Under the pieces are notes generated by a model that was not told the origin of the DNA, did no database searches, and saw nothing but the letters and a program-made list of their open reading frames with translations. A stretch of 39,126 bases of DNA from a virus (lineage: Duplodnaviria; Caudoviricetes). Made by a program: the position numbers and the translations under genes. Positions 15,293 through 24,767 of the stretch are shown here, piece after piece; the stretch's first letter is position 1; each line of letters begins with the position of its first letter. Location of the stretch: the IMG/VR virus record IMGVR_UViG_3300027963_000140, positions 1-39,126 of that record, one strand, 5' to 3'.

Positions 15293-17512
15293 GGTCATCT
15301 TGCCATCGTTGGGCCGCTTGGCGATCTTCTCGACGGCTTCGACGCGCTGCTCGACGGGGGAAGGCTCGCGGGATTGATCCTGCTCGGGTCGATCCTGTCC
15401 GGATCGGTCGCTCATGCTGATCTTGCGTCGGCGTATCACTCGATCTGACTCGCCGGGGACCTTCACCCCCAGTATCGATGCACCCACCGCGGCGAGGATC
15501 GTAGAGTCCAGGAAGTGATTGTCCCGTCCTGGCCTGCATCCCCACTCGAAAAGCTCTCTGCCTTGTCCCTGGGTCTTCGTGGGGTATTCTGCCGACAGAT
15601 TGTCCGCGACCATGCGGTGACGCAGCGGGGCGGCTCGGTAGAGCCACCAAGCACCAGGCTCACCGGCATCGGTGGTCCATCGGTCCATCATGGCCGTCTT
15701 CCAACTGTTGGTGTCTACGAGGCAGTACCTCGGGGCCCTGGTCCCTCGGGTCGGTGGCATGCGCCAACCGAATCCCATGCGCTCCCCGGCTTTCTTCTTT
15801 TCTTGGTTCCAGGGGCGTTGCCTGGCGGTGACGCCCTTGCCATGGCTCGGAACCACATGCTGATGCTGCTGGCTGAATCGATAGACGACTTCACTCTGAA
15901 ACCCTGCATCGACCACCATGATCTCGGGCCGCAGCTGCGTCCCGTCGTCTCGAGTGTACGTGACAGCGAGTCGCTCGTCTCGGAGCTTGCCCAGCGCGAC
16001 CAAAAGCGACTCGGTCGAGGATCGGATTCCGGTGGCTCGTATGATGGTCCGATCAATGTCGGCGAGGGTAACGTAGTCAATGCCGGGCTCGGGCCAGATT
16101 CCATAGTCGACCACCAGGCCGGAGAAGTCGGCTCCGACACCGGCGACTGTCCACCAGAGCGAGGATCCCTGGACGTCCACTCCCAGGGTAATGTGCTCAA
16201 CCCAGTCAGGGATCTCACCGCGGCGGTGAGTTGGCAGGATTCGCAAGCAGAATTCATCGGACGTAAGGCAGCGGATTCCATCGACGGCCACAATCGATTT
16301 CTTAGGCTCGTTTTGGTACTCGGCGTCAAACGTGTCGGGATTGTCAAACCGGAGGTTCTCGGCGTGCTGAATCGCCGAGATCTCATGGGGAAACTTGCGA
16401 TGTGCCCATCCCACTTTAGACCCTGCGTCCATCGCGGCGCGGTTCGCTCGATAGAACTTGTTGGCCTTTGGGTGTTCATCGTTTCCTTCGGCGATTTCTT
16501 CGGCGCGGATGTCGAAATACTTCATCCACAATTCCCGATTGGTCGGCCACTCATAGACAAGCCTGCATCGATCGCCGTGCCATTTTGGCATAAGCTTGGT
16601 ATTGAGCATCCGGTCGGCTGCGTCGCCTTCGCGGATCACGGTTACCGCAGCAAATCCTGCGATCCGTTTCCCTGGTCCACCAAGGCCCAGTATTGCCCCA
16701 CCGATCACCTTTTCCCGCTTGGCACATTCCGGGTCTGACAATGCCGAAGTGTCGGTCTGCGGGTCATTGACGAGCACGAAACCAGGCCGGATCGTCTTGC
16801 CATCGGCGAGTACCTTTTGCATCCCGCGGACTCTACCGAGGATCCCAGTGCAGCGAATGATTGCTCCAGATGCCTGCGATCCCTCAATGGTCGGGAAAAT
16901 CAGTTCCTTGCGTCGCCAACCGATGAGCGTCCTTTTGCCCTGAGTGGTCTGCGCGTTGCCTCGCTGGGTGATTCCTTCTAGGCAACGGATCGGGAAAGCG
17001 ATCTCCGGGAAGTCCTCGAGAAGCAGCGAGTTGGTTTCCCACTCGATTTTGATCGCATCGAGCGATTCCTCGGCGGCTCCCTCGTCGGCCTCGACGAGGA
17101 CTCCGAATCGCTGATGGCCATAGGACAGCACCCAGAGCATGGCTCGCAAAAGAATCGTCGTCTTGCCAGATCCCCGAGGCATGGCGATGCATTTCAGACC
17201 GCCGTTGATCGCTCGCTCTTCGATGTCTTTTAGGATCCGCTCATGGTCCTCGCTGAACGGCAGCGGAAAAGCCTCTTTAAAGTACGTGAGCAAATACTTT
17301 TTAAGGTTTAGCCGACAGGACTCTCGTCGCTTAGGATTGACGATCGCAGGAATCGGGCCGATGTCTCGGGCCTCGGTCGATTCCTCTTTGGCTTTCGAGG
17401 CCTGGCGTTTGCGGTGCTTGGCATAGGAGTCCTTGGGACGCTCCGCGCCAGACTCGTTGTAGTCGTCGTCGGGATCCGCGGGAGCTGCTGTTGGCGGTCG
17501 CTTCTTGGTCAT
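15254..17512 (-). CDS. terL: Terminase large subunit, lambda gpA-type
   Basis: Walker A PRGSGKTT; nuclease motifs GVDVQ, VVDAGF and DNHFLD; start 17512 overlaps the upstream stop. Confidence 0.9.
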   Translation of the reverse strand: MTKKRPPTAAPADPDDDYNESGAERPKDSYAKHRKRQASKAKEESTEARDIGPIPAIVNPKRRESCRLNLKKYLLTYFKEAFPLPFSEDHERILKDIEERAINGGLKCIAMPRGSGKTTILLRAMLWVLSYGHQRFGVLVEADEGAAEESLDAIKIEWETNSLLLEDFPEIAFPIRCLEGITQRGNAQTTQGKRTLIGWRRKELIFPTIEGSQASGAIIRCTGILGRVRGMQKVLADGKTIRPGFVLVNDPQTDTSALSDPECAKREKVIGGAILGLGGPGKRIAGFAAVTVIREGDAADRMLNTKLMPKWHGDRCRLVYEWPTNRELWMKYFDIRAEEIAEGNDEHPKANKFYRANRAAMDAGSKVGWAHRKFPHEISAIQHAENLRFDNPDTFDAEYQNEPKKSIVAVDGIRCLTSDEFCLRILPTHRRGEIPDWVEHITLGVDVQGSSLWWTVAGVGADFSGLVVDYGIWPEPGIDYVTLADIDRTIIRATGIRSSTESLLVALGKLRDERLAVTYTRDDGTQLRPEIMVVDAGFQSEVVYRFSQQHQHVVPSHGKGVTARQRPWNQEKKKAGERMGFGWRMPPTRGTRAPRYCLVDTNSWKTAMMDRWTTDAGEPGAWWLYRAAPLRHRMVADNLSAEYPTKTQGQGRELFEWGCRPGRDNHFLDSTILAAVGASILGVKVPGESDRVIRRRKISMSDRSGQDRPEQDQSREPSPVEQRVEAVEKIAKRPNDGKMTLAELRALRRKSG

Positions 17513-17739
17513 CAGTATCGGCTTGGCCTTTGGCGTGAGATGCCATGTGCGGGAGCACATTTACAGGTGCGGTAATACCAAGTGATCCGCTCTCGAGTGG
17601 AAGCGGCCTTGTACCGAGCTCCACAGCATGGGCATGACGGCGCGGTCGTCCGAGGTTGCCGACGGTATCTTCCATCAGGCTTCGACGTGTGCGGCATCAG
17701 GTGTCGCATCTCGGCATTTAGTTTGGCGAAAACGACCAT
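17512..17739 (-). CDS. Small zinc-ribbon protein (Ogr/Delta-like)
   Basis: PSCPCCG...STRERITWYYRTCKC; start uncertain. Confidence 0.55.
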   Translation of the reverse strand: MVVFAKLNAEMRHLMPHTSKPDGRYRRQPRTTAPSCPCCGARYKAASTRERITWYYRTCKCAPAHGISRQRPSRY

Positions 17740-18260
17740 AGTGCTGGATCCTCCTGGCTGGTTCTAATTGCTGTCCCGTCAAACAACGACGCTCCATCTT
17801 GGGGCTGAGTCTTGGTTGCGACCCCCAGTTCAACCAGACGCTCGGACAGTGTCTGGTGCTCGCTGATCCACAAGTGGCCAGGCTGCTTGGACTGCGGCTT
17901 GAGGTTGCGGAACCATTCCCGGTCGTGCTGTGGCGTGGGGATCAAGACACGAGTCCACTCAGGGCACTGCGACAGTATCTTTCGAGTCACCTCAAACGCT
18001 CTCACTCCAGCGGGGTTGGGCACTTCCTTATCATAGAACAAGACTGGCTTTGGTGCGGATCGCACTTTCCACTCTGGTGATTTCTCGTCGGTCCCTAGTC
18101 GGCGGTGCTCTGTCTTGAGCGATGTCGGCGGGGTGAAACAATCGATTAGCACCAGATCGATCTCGCTGTCATCTGGCAACATGATCCGAATCACGTTGGG
18201 GGACATGGCAAACATGATCTTCGCGCGAGTCATCAGTCCTAACAGTCTCGGGCATCGCAT
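17718..18260 (-). CDS. Degenerate staphylococcal-nuclease-like protein
   Basis: LIDCFTP...GVRAFEVTRKIL...GHLWI...TLSERLVELGVA follows the SNase layout; the DGDT and GR catalytic motifs are missing. Confidence 0.55.
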   Translation of the reverse strand: MRCPRLLGLMTRAKIMFAMSPNVIRIMLPDDSEIDLVLIDCFTPPTSLKTEHRRLGTDEKSPEWKVRSAPKPVLFYDKEVPNPAGVRAFEVTRKILSQCPEWTRVLIPTPQHDREWFRNLKPQSKQPGHLWISEHQTLSERLVELGVATKTQPQDGASLFDGTAIRTSQEDPALWSFSPN

Positions 18261-18263
18261 GGT

Positions 18264-19454
18264 TCACTTCCTTGTATAGATTGGATTCTTGATGGCCTCA
18301 AGTCGCTCGATCATGGTTTTGATTGCTTCGGTTTTCTTGTCCAAGCCGGACAAGTGAACGAACTCGGCACCAAACAGTCGAAGCGTGAAATGCGGGTTCC
18401 AAACTTGCAAATTGCGACTGACTCGCAACGGATGCAGCAGCGGCCTGTGTCGCATTAGGTTCATCCCGACAACGATCTGCTCGGCGACGTGGAACGTCGG
18501 GATCGGCAGCTTGGGAGGCGTCCAGACGCTTGCTCCCTCGCGATCGCAAAACACTACGCCAGAATTGTACGACTGGCCCCAGTGTTTGTTCTTGAGCGTG
18601 GGCCCGATGCATTGATCGACCTTGTCCCAGCAGCCAGCGACCCACGTCGATGACTGCAAATCGTCGAGCTCGTTGTAGATCGCGACATAATTGTCGAGAC
18701 CGTCCGTCGAGCAAAGCTCCTGCGGCTCATAGCCAGAGAACAAGTCTTTTGCTAGACGAGTGACCAGGACGTCGGCGTCGAGGTAAAGCGTCTGATCGTA
18801 GGCTTTGGCGAATTGATGGACGCGAAACTTTTCCAGTCCCCACCAGCCTTGAGTGGTATTCTGCAGGACGACGAAATCGGCTTTGCAGTCGGCTGCATAG
18901 GCTCGCATCGGGCCCTCGGTGTATCGCAGCCACTCCCGAGCCTTTCCAGTCGCAACAGTGATGACAAGACGCCGACCGCCCGAGATGGTATCATTGACCG
19001 GACAAAACCAAGCCACTTGCCCGGCTGCGGCAATCCTCGACCAGATCTCGCGGGCGCGGGCAAGTGGAACTTGTGGGTGGGACTCATCGACATCGAGTCG
19101 AGAGTTGACATGGTTGTGACAATTGACCGACCAGTCGAAAAATGAGTCTGGGGACGCGAACACAGCGTCGGTCATTGGAAACATTTCCACGGTTGCATGC
19201 CAGTGGACCGCACAATCGCAGCTCGGAGGCAAGCTCCATCGGAGCCACTCGATCACCCAAGCTCGGGCTTTGGCTGGGTCCCATGTATTGGCGTTCCGAA
19301 ACGAGTACAGATGCAGTGCTGGCCAACCTGTTTCCCGTTGCTCGGGCTCGAAGTATCGATCCTCGCCAAACTCGTGGACAGTGCCGGTGAAACCGTCGAT
19401 GGTCTGCGTAGTGAACGGTCCAGGATGAATCGGATGCCCTAGTAGATCGATCAT
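18264..19454 (-). CDS. Erv1/Alr sulfhydryl-oxidase-like domain fused to a GT-A (GT8-like) glycosyltransferase
   Basis: GWPALH...LPPSCDCAVHW...FFDWSVNCHNHVNSRL, then W..EK, LYLDADV (DxD), YNSGV, EQ and FVHLSG. Confidence 0.78.
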   Translation of the reverse strand: MIDLLGHPIHPGPFTTQTIDGFTGTVHEFGEDRYFEPEQRETGWPALHLYSFRNANTWDPAKARAWVIEWLRWSLPPSCDCAVHWHATVEMFPMTDAVFASPDSFFDWSVNCHNHVNSRLDVDESHPQVPLARAREIWSRIAAAGQVAWFCPVNDTISGGRRLVITVATGKAREWLRYTEGPMRAYAADCKADFVVLQNTTQGWWGLEKFRVHQFAKAYDQTLYLDADVLVTRLAKDLFSGYEPQELCSTDGLDNYVAIYNELDDLQSSTWVAGCWDKVDQCIGPTLKNKHWGQSYNSGVVFCDREGASVWTPPKLPIPTFHVAEQIVVGMNLMRHRPLLHPLRVSRNLQVWNPHFTLRLFGAEFVHLSGLDKKTEAIKTMIERLEAIKNPIYTRK

Positions 19455-20557
19455 TGGAGCTCCACTAGGTATTCGGTTGGCAACGTCGGATCCGGAGCGG
19501 ATCCAGGCGTGACGACTCCCGAGTCGGACGATCCGGTCAACGTGTTTGTAAAGCTGGTGTGGTCAATGATGTTGGCATAGCTTGGACAATACGTCGGTTG
19601 ATCGGCACACGAAATGGATGTGCATGCATCGACAGATCCAGTGTCGAAACCAGTGTTCGGCGCGAGATCGTCGGGAGGATCGCAAGTGAACGCTGGCGGT
19701 GATCCAAAAGTGGGACCAAAGGCACTGATGCCCGCAGCGCACTTGGGGCCGCAGCTCAGGCCGACTGCTCCGGTCGGCCCAAAGGTCATTGGAAACTCAA
19801 GCGTGTCAACCGATCGCCGAAAGACTTGGCGAAACTGATGCATTGTGACCGACAGTCCGGCGGCGTTGAATGCCGGTGGAGATCCGACCGGCCAAGCTCC
19901 ACTGGGCCCTGATCCGTCGGAGCACGGATAAGACTCCCCGCAGAATGAGCCCGACGAATTGACTGTGATGTTCTGGCCAGCGCTGATCTGCGTGGCCCAG
20001 GTCAGACCGATCTCCCCTTCAATCACCAGTGCGAGCCGGTATCGGCATTGATTGGGCTCGTCGCATCCGTAGCCAGGCTGGGTGCGACTTATGTAGAGTT
20101 TCGCTTGGGTGATGCCAGCGATCATACGCCACCCGAGCACGCAGGCCCGAGCGTATTCAACGGTTAAACTGCAAACGTTGGTCGGGCCGATTTTATAGCA
20201 CAGGCCAGAACTGGCGTTGGTGCAGACTCGTGTTCGACTGACGGTCGAGGAGTAAGTGCGGCTGTAACGTCGCCACTTGTAGACACCATTGGTTTCGCTG
20301 CGATCGTTCGGAGCAGCTCTCGGACCGGCAGCGATGCTCGAGCAGCAGCTATTGACTCGCGTGAAATTGGGTGAGCAAATCTGGTTGGCATCGCAAATCA
20401 CATACGGCAGCAGGCCGGTGCTTGGCGTGACCTTGAAGCTCCACGACCGGTCCGATAGCTTAGGATGCCGACATGCGTCGCGACACTTGTAGCACTTTTT
20501 TTGACTGCCCTCGGCATCGCACCAGGTGCAAGTCATCGCGTCGATTACTGTCGGCAT
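19451..20557 (-). CDS. Cys-rich putative tail tip / receptor-binding protein
   Basis: About 23 Cys in 368 aa, S/T/G/P-rich, no signal peptide, in the distal tail position. Confidence 0.65.
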   Translation of the reverse strand: MPTVIDAMTCTWCDAEGSQKKCYKCRDACRHPKLSDRSWSFKVTPSTGLLPYVICDANQICSPNFTRVNSCCSSIAAGPRAAPNDRSETNGVYKWRRYSRTYSSTVSRTRVCTNASSGLCYKIGPTNVCSLTVEYARACVLGWRMIAGITQAKLYISRTQPGYGCDEPNQCRYRLALVIEGEIGLTWATQISAGQNITVNSSGSFCGESYPCSDGSGPSGAWPVGSPPAFNAAGLSVTMHQFRQVFRRSVDTLEFPMTFGPTGAVGLSCGPKCAAGISAFGPTFGSPPAFTCDPPDDLAPNTGFDTGSVDACTSISCADQPTYCPSYANIIDHTSFTNTLTGSSDSGVVTPGSAPDPTLPTEYLVELQ

Positions 20558-20563
20558 AACTGG

Positions 20564-21286
20564 CTAGTTCCCCACGCACCAAGGTGTGATCACAACCCAG
20601 TTGCCACTTGTATAGACAGCCATACCCTTGTCGCCGTTCACCTGCCAGCTTGCGATGCCGTTAGAGTCAAACAACTGCGTCGACGCTCCAGCGATCGTGG
20701 CGGTGGCCGATCCAGATGCCCAGTTTGTCGTCAGTGTGTAGACGGCCTGCATGGCTCGACAAGACAAGTCCCAAACCGAAAAATCGGATGATCCCGTTGC
20801 GGGCATGCATGTCACGACTCGGGCAAGGCCAAAAAAGCCCCATGATACGTCGCCCGATGCGGGAGTGATAAAACCATGTTTGGCTGGGTATGCGGCGATA
20901 GCGAGGCCTGCAATCGCGACACGACCAAATTTGTTATTTGGAATCGCCTCAACAGTCACAGCGAGCGATTCAAAGTAGGGATTGGCACCGCTGATCAATG
21001 GCGTGAGAGCCTTGAGGGTGTAATAGCCCTTTTGATAGCTAGGATCTTTGCGTGGGATTTGCTCTTGGCTTGATACACCGCCCGAGCTTCCGGTTGGGAT
21101 GAGTGCAGCCTTGCCGATTGCTAGATCGGACCCGGTCTCATTCTTGGCAATGACATGACCAGGTGCGAGTCCGTCGAGTGCCTTAACACCGAACGATGCG
21201 ACATCACCACGCGCGGACTCGATGAGCTTCGTGATCTCTCTTTCACGGCTCGCCGATGGTTTAAATTTGTCGCCTGGGAATGGCAT
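20564..21286 (-). CDS. Minor tail protein
   Basis: G/A/S/T-rich, downstream of the tape measure, ends ...PWCVGN. Confidence 0.65.
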   Translation of the reverse strand: MPFPGDKFKPSASREREITKLIESARGDVASFGVKALDGLAPGHVIAKNETGSDLAIGKAALIPTGSSGGVSSQEQIPRKDPSYQKGYYTLKALTPLISGANPYFESLAVTVEAIPNNKFGRVAIAGLAIAAYPAKHGFITPASGDVSWGFFGLARVVTCMPATGSSDFSVWDLSCRAMQAVYTLTTNWASGSATATIAGASTQLFDSNGIASWQVNGDKGMAVYTSGNWVVITPWCVGN

Positions 21287-21295
21287 GATGGGGTG

Positions 21296-22132
21296 TTAAA
21301 TTCCGAGTGCTGTAAAATCGCCCTCTTCGTACACTCTTTCTACATAGACTCCGCGAGGTCGGCGAATGACATAGCCACCCGACTCCCAAGCTTCATAATC
21401 AACCCAGAGGTACTCGTGCCCCTTCTTGGCAACTCCGGTGATTGTACCAAATGATAGGCCGGTTCGATTTGGAGATGCGCTAAATTTAAATGTGACTGTC
21501 ACCTCGCCGGTCGATCCGTTTCGGAACTCAGCACCTAGGAAAAGCAGTTCACCAGCAGCGAAATTCCGAAACGCTGCGACGTTGGTTTTAAATGTCAGAT
21601 TGACCAGCGTCATGACATAAGGCAATGTCAACACTCCCTTGGCCAATGTCTTTTCGATTTGAAATTCCAATCCTGGAATCCCGATCTCGACACCCTTGAC
21701 CCCGTTTTGGTCGACATTGATTGCCGACCCATAATTGACTGCCGATCCGCCGTAGATGGTTGTCGCAAATGACTGGGTTACTAGCTGCGTCTTGCCCAGC
21801 GTCGTGCCGGAAAAAGTCCAGGTTAAAGGATCGGTTCCGTCATAGGCTCGGGACTCATAGGAGAATGTGATCTCCCATGCATTGGGAGTCAGAGGCTTGG
21901 CTTTGGCTGCAATCATCGCCATCGCAGGCTTTCCGCCCGATGCTGCGATCGTTAGCGGAAATGGCGTGCTCGGCAAGTCGACAGCAGCCTGGGCCGCGTC
22001 TTCGGCCTCTGTGTACCCAGTAACAATCGCAATCCGAGTCTGGGTCCGTTGGCCTCCCTTGAGGTCAAAGTCCATTTCTCTGGACTCAGCGGACTCGTCG
22101 ACAGTTTGGGGCAAGTACGTCCACGCGCTCAT
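21296..22132 (-). CDS. Tail tip (distal tail/hub) protein
   Basis: First gene after the tape measure; beta-rich. Confidence 0.65.
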   Translation of the reverse strand: MSAWTYLPQTVDESAESREMDFDLKGGQRTQTRIAIVTGYTEAEDAAQAAVDLPSTPFPLTIAASGGKPAMAMIAAKAKPLTPNAWEITFSYESRAYDGTDPLTWTFSGTTLGKTQLVTQSFATTIYGGSAVNYGSAINVDQNGVKGVEIGIPGLEFQIEKTLAKGVLTLPYVMTLVNLTFKTNVAAFRNFAAGELLFLGAEFRNGSTGEVTVTFKFSASPNRTGLSFGTITGVAKKGHEYLWVDYEAWESGGYVIRRPRGVYVERVYEEGDFTALGI

Positions 22133-22138
22133 TGTTGC

Positions 22139-24208
22139 TTAGCTCCCAAATACCAATGGTTGATTTTCGCCAGTGTTTTTGGCGATCTGCGTAAGCAACT
22201 CGTTCGACTTGGCAGACTGATCGGCCATGCGATCTAGTGCGGATGTGGTTCCACCCATCATGCCAGCAGCAAAGCCGGAAAATGTCCCCGAGGTCTGTGT
22301 CGCAGTGGTCGCCTTGACTTGCTCTACCGAGGGAATCTTGGGTTTGGCCGGTGCCTCTTTTTGCTGTGCGAATTTTGAGGTCTCAGCACCTTTGGCTTGC
22401 TCGTCGGCAGTCTCTCGGATGGCCCTTGCCTGATCATCGAGATCTTTTCTCAATTGCGAGATCTGAGAATCGAATCCAGTCAACAGTTCTTTGTTCCGGT
22501 CGTCTCGACCTTGCTTGGTTGCATCGGCCTGGGACTGGATACCACGGTTCATTTCATTGGCGACACCCAGTCGGCCTTGGTTAGCACGCTGGAGCTCCTC
22601 GTTGCGTTTCGCGTTGGCAGCGTCGAGCGACTGTTGCCGATTGTCGGCTCGCTTGTTCGCTTCGGTATCCATCTGCTTTGCAGCCTTTTCGTAGTCGACT
22701 GACTTGTCGAACAGCGAATACAGGTAGAGCAGTTTTTTCGCGATAAAATTGACTGTCTGGTCAAAAGTTCCTTCCAACCAGGTGAAGACAGTTCCAAACC
22801 CGTTTTGGATCCCGGTCGGTATTCCAGCCATGACGTTGATCAGATTGGCGACAAAAGAAACCGCACCTTGGGAGACGATCGAGGACAGATCCGTCCAAGC
22901 GTTTTGGATCTTCGTCGTCATTGAAAGCCAGCCTGCATACAGGTCCCGCGTGGCGACGCGAAAAACCAATTGCAGGCCAGTCATGGCGACTTGGCCAGCG
23001 GCTTGCCATTGGCCGGACATCAGAGCGGTCTTGATGGCGTCGAACACCGGCAGCACAATCGATTTGAGCTCGTTGAACTTGGCGACCAGATAGCCGACCA
23101 TTTCACCGCCCACGCCAGAGAAGTACAAGAACGCTCCGGTAGCTGCGGTGACGCCGACGATGACCAGACCGAGCGGAGAAACGATGGCACTGATCAATCC
23201 GACGATCATGCCGAACACTGTGGCAATAGCTCCACCGATCGCAGCTAGGCCGGTCATGGCCACCGAGGCTACGGCAGCAGCTCCGCCGAGTGCGAACAAG
23301 CCTGCGAGCAGGCCAGCTCCGACCGCAGTCCACTTGGCGATCGTCATGATCAGCTCTTGATTCCGCGAGATAAAATCACTCACGGTAGTGATCACGCTGA
23401 TGATCTTTTCGCCCAGGTCGATCATGAGCGGGGCGAGGGCCGCACCGATTCGATTCTGCAATCCACCGATCACGCCAAAGAGTCGATCGAACACATCCCC
23501 CAGCTTGCCCGCAGCGGCTGCGTCTTCTCCAGACATGACTTGCCCGAGCTCGGCTGCGTCCCTTTGCAGCTTGCGGATCCCGTCGCCTCCCTCGGAGAGC
23601 ATGGGGACCAGGTCCGCACCAGCCTTGCCAAAGTACTCCATGGCCGCAGCACTCTTGAGGGCTGGGTCCTGGATCAATGACAGCTTGTCAGCGATCGCGA
23701 TGAATTGTTCGTCGGGAGACATCTTTTGGAGCTCGTCTACACTCAGGCCCAGAGCGCTGAATTTGTCCGCAGCACCAGGCACACCGGCGGCTGCATCCGC
23801 GATTCCCATTTGCATCTTGCGAACACCTTTTTCCAGCGTGCCGATGTCGGTGCCAGAAAGCTTGGCCGCGTAGCCGAGCGAGGACACCGCTTCGGCACTC
23901 ATGCCAGTCCGCTGGGCCATGTCATCGACGGCGGACCCAGCGTCAGCAAAACCCTTGGCCAATGCGACTAGGCCAGTCACAGCGACCGAACCAGCGATTG
24001 CAGCAGGGACGCTCAACATGGACTTGGAAAAGCCGGACAAGGCACCTTGGGCACCGTTAAAGCCTTTTGCGATTCCGGTGCCCATGGTTGTGGCGACACC
24101 TTTGAGTCTCGCCATGGATGCTTGGACTTGGGCCATACCTTTGTCGAACAACCCTTGCTTGGTCGCGATCTCGACGTAGGCTTGACCGGCTTTGATGTTG
24201 GATGCCAT
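22139..24208 (-). CDS. Tail tape measure protein
   Basis: N-terminal IKAGQAYVEI; Ala/Gly-rich helical sequence with a central hydrophobic region; 689 aa. Confidence 0.92.
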   Translation of the reverse strand: MASNIKAGQAYVEIATKQGLFDKGMAQVQASMARLKGVATTMGTGIAKGFNGAQGALSGFSKSMLSVPAAIAGSVAVTGLVALAKGFADAGSAVDDMAQRTGMSAEAVSSLGYAAKLSGTDIGTLEKGVRKMQMGIADAAAGVPGAADKFSALGLSVDELQKMSPDEQFIAIADKLSLIQDPALKSAAAMEYFGKAGADLVPMLSEGGDGIRKLQRDAAELGQVMSGEDAAAAGKLGDVFDRLFGVIGGLQNRIGAALAPLMIDLGEKIISVITTVSDFISRNQELIMTIAKWTAVGAGLLAGLFALGGAAAVASVAMTGLAAIGGAIATVFGMIVGLISAIVSPLGLVIVGVTAATGAFLYFSGVGGEMVGYLVAKFNELKSIVLPVFDAIKTALMSGQWQAAGQVAMTGLQLVFRVATRDLYAGWLSMTTKIQNAWTDLSSIVSQGAVSFVANLINVMAGIPTGIQNGFGTVFTWLEGTFDQTVNFIAKKLLYLYSLFDKSVDYEKAAKQMDTEANKRADNRQQSLDAANAKRNEELQRANQGRLGVANEMNRGIQSQADATKQGRDDRNKELLTGFDSQISQLRKDLDDQARAIRETADEQAKGAETSKFAQQKEAPAKPKIPSVEQVKATTATQTSGTFSGFAAGMMGGTTSALDRMADQSAKSNELLTQIAKNTGENQPLVFGS

Positions 24209-24209
24209 G

Positions 24210-24767
24210 TTACCTTACCGATGCAATCGAGTTTTTGAAAAGCTCGTGGAACTTTGGAGCTTCGGCCTCGAGGGCTGGACGCATGAAAGGACGCTTTGGA
24301 TACCGAGCTCGACGACGACGAGTCTCAAGCTTGAACCCAGGTCGATCTCGATACCGGCGTCTGCCGTCGACGCGTCGCCAGTTTGCCGAGTCCGTAGTTC
24401 CATCGATCGGAGCGTATTGGTACTCGCGAATGATCGCAGTCTCGCCTCGCTCATGGAGTCCTGGTACGGTCGATGTCACAGACTCGACGGTGAAGTTGAT
24501 CTGATTGAGTTGCACTGGGCCGACGATCGTCGATTCGCTTTGGGGCTGGTAGGCAAACAGGATCGTCTTGAGCGAGTTTCCTTGGGAATGAGCCGACGGT
24601 GGAGAGCCAGGTGCCGAGACACCTTTTCGACGACGCATCGAGCCACGAGCTCGCTTGCGCACAAAAGCACCAGCCTTGGAGAGCACACGGCGTTTCGCAG
24701 CCTTGAGCGACTTGATCACATTGGCGCGATCAAAGAAAGCTTCTCGAACTTTGAATGTCACGTTCAT
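24210..24767 (-). CDS. Tail completion / neck protein (HK97 gp10-like)
   Basis: Basic protein with SAPGSPP and C-terminal RPFMRPALE motifs. Confidence 0.8.
   Translation of the reverse strand: MNVTFKVREAFFDRANVIKSLKAAKRRVLSKAGAFVRKRARGSMRRRKGVSAPGSPPSAHSQGNSLKTILFAYQPQSESTIVGPVQLNQINFTVESVTSTVPGLHERGETAIIREYQYAPIDGTTDSANWRRVDGRRRYRDRPGFKLETRRRRARYPKRPFMRPALEAEAPKFHELFKNSIASVR

Noticed and set aside
15515-16738. 407-aa plus-strand ORF
   Set aside because: Antisense shadow of terL in GC-rich DNA, with no motifs. The same applies to 33825-34889 and 36162-37103.
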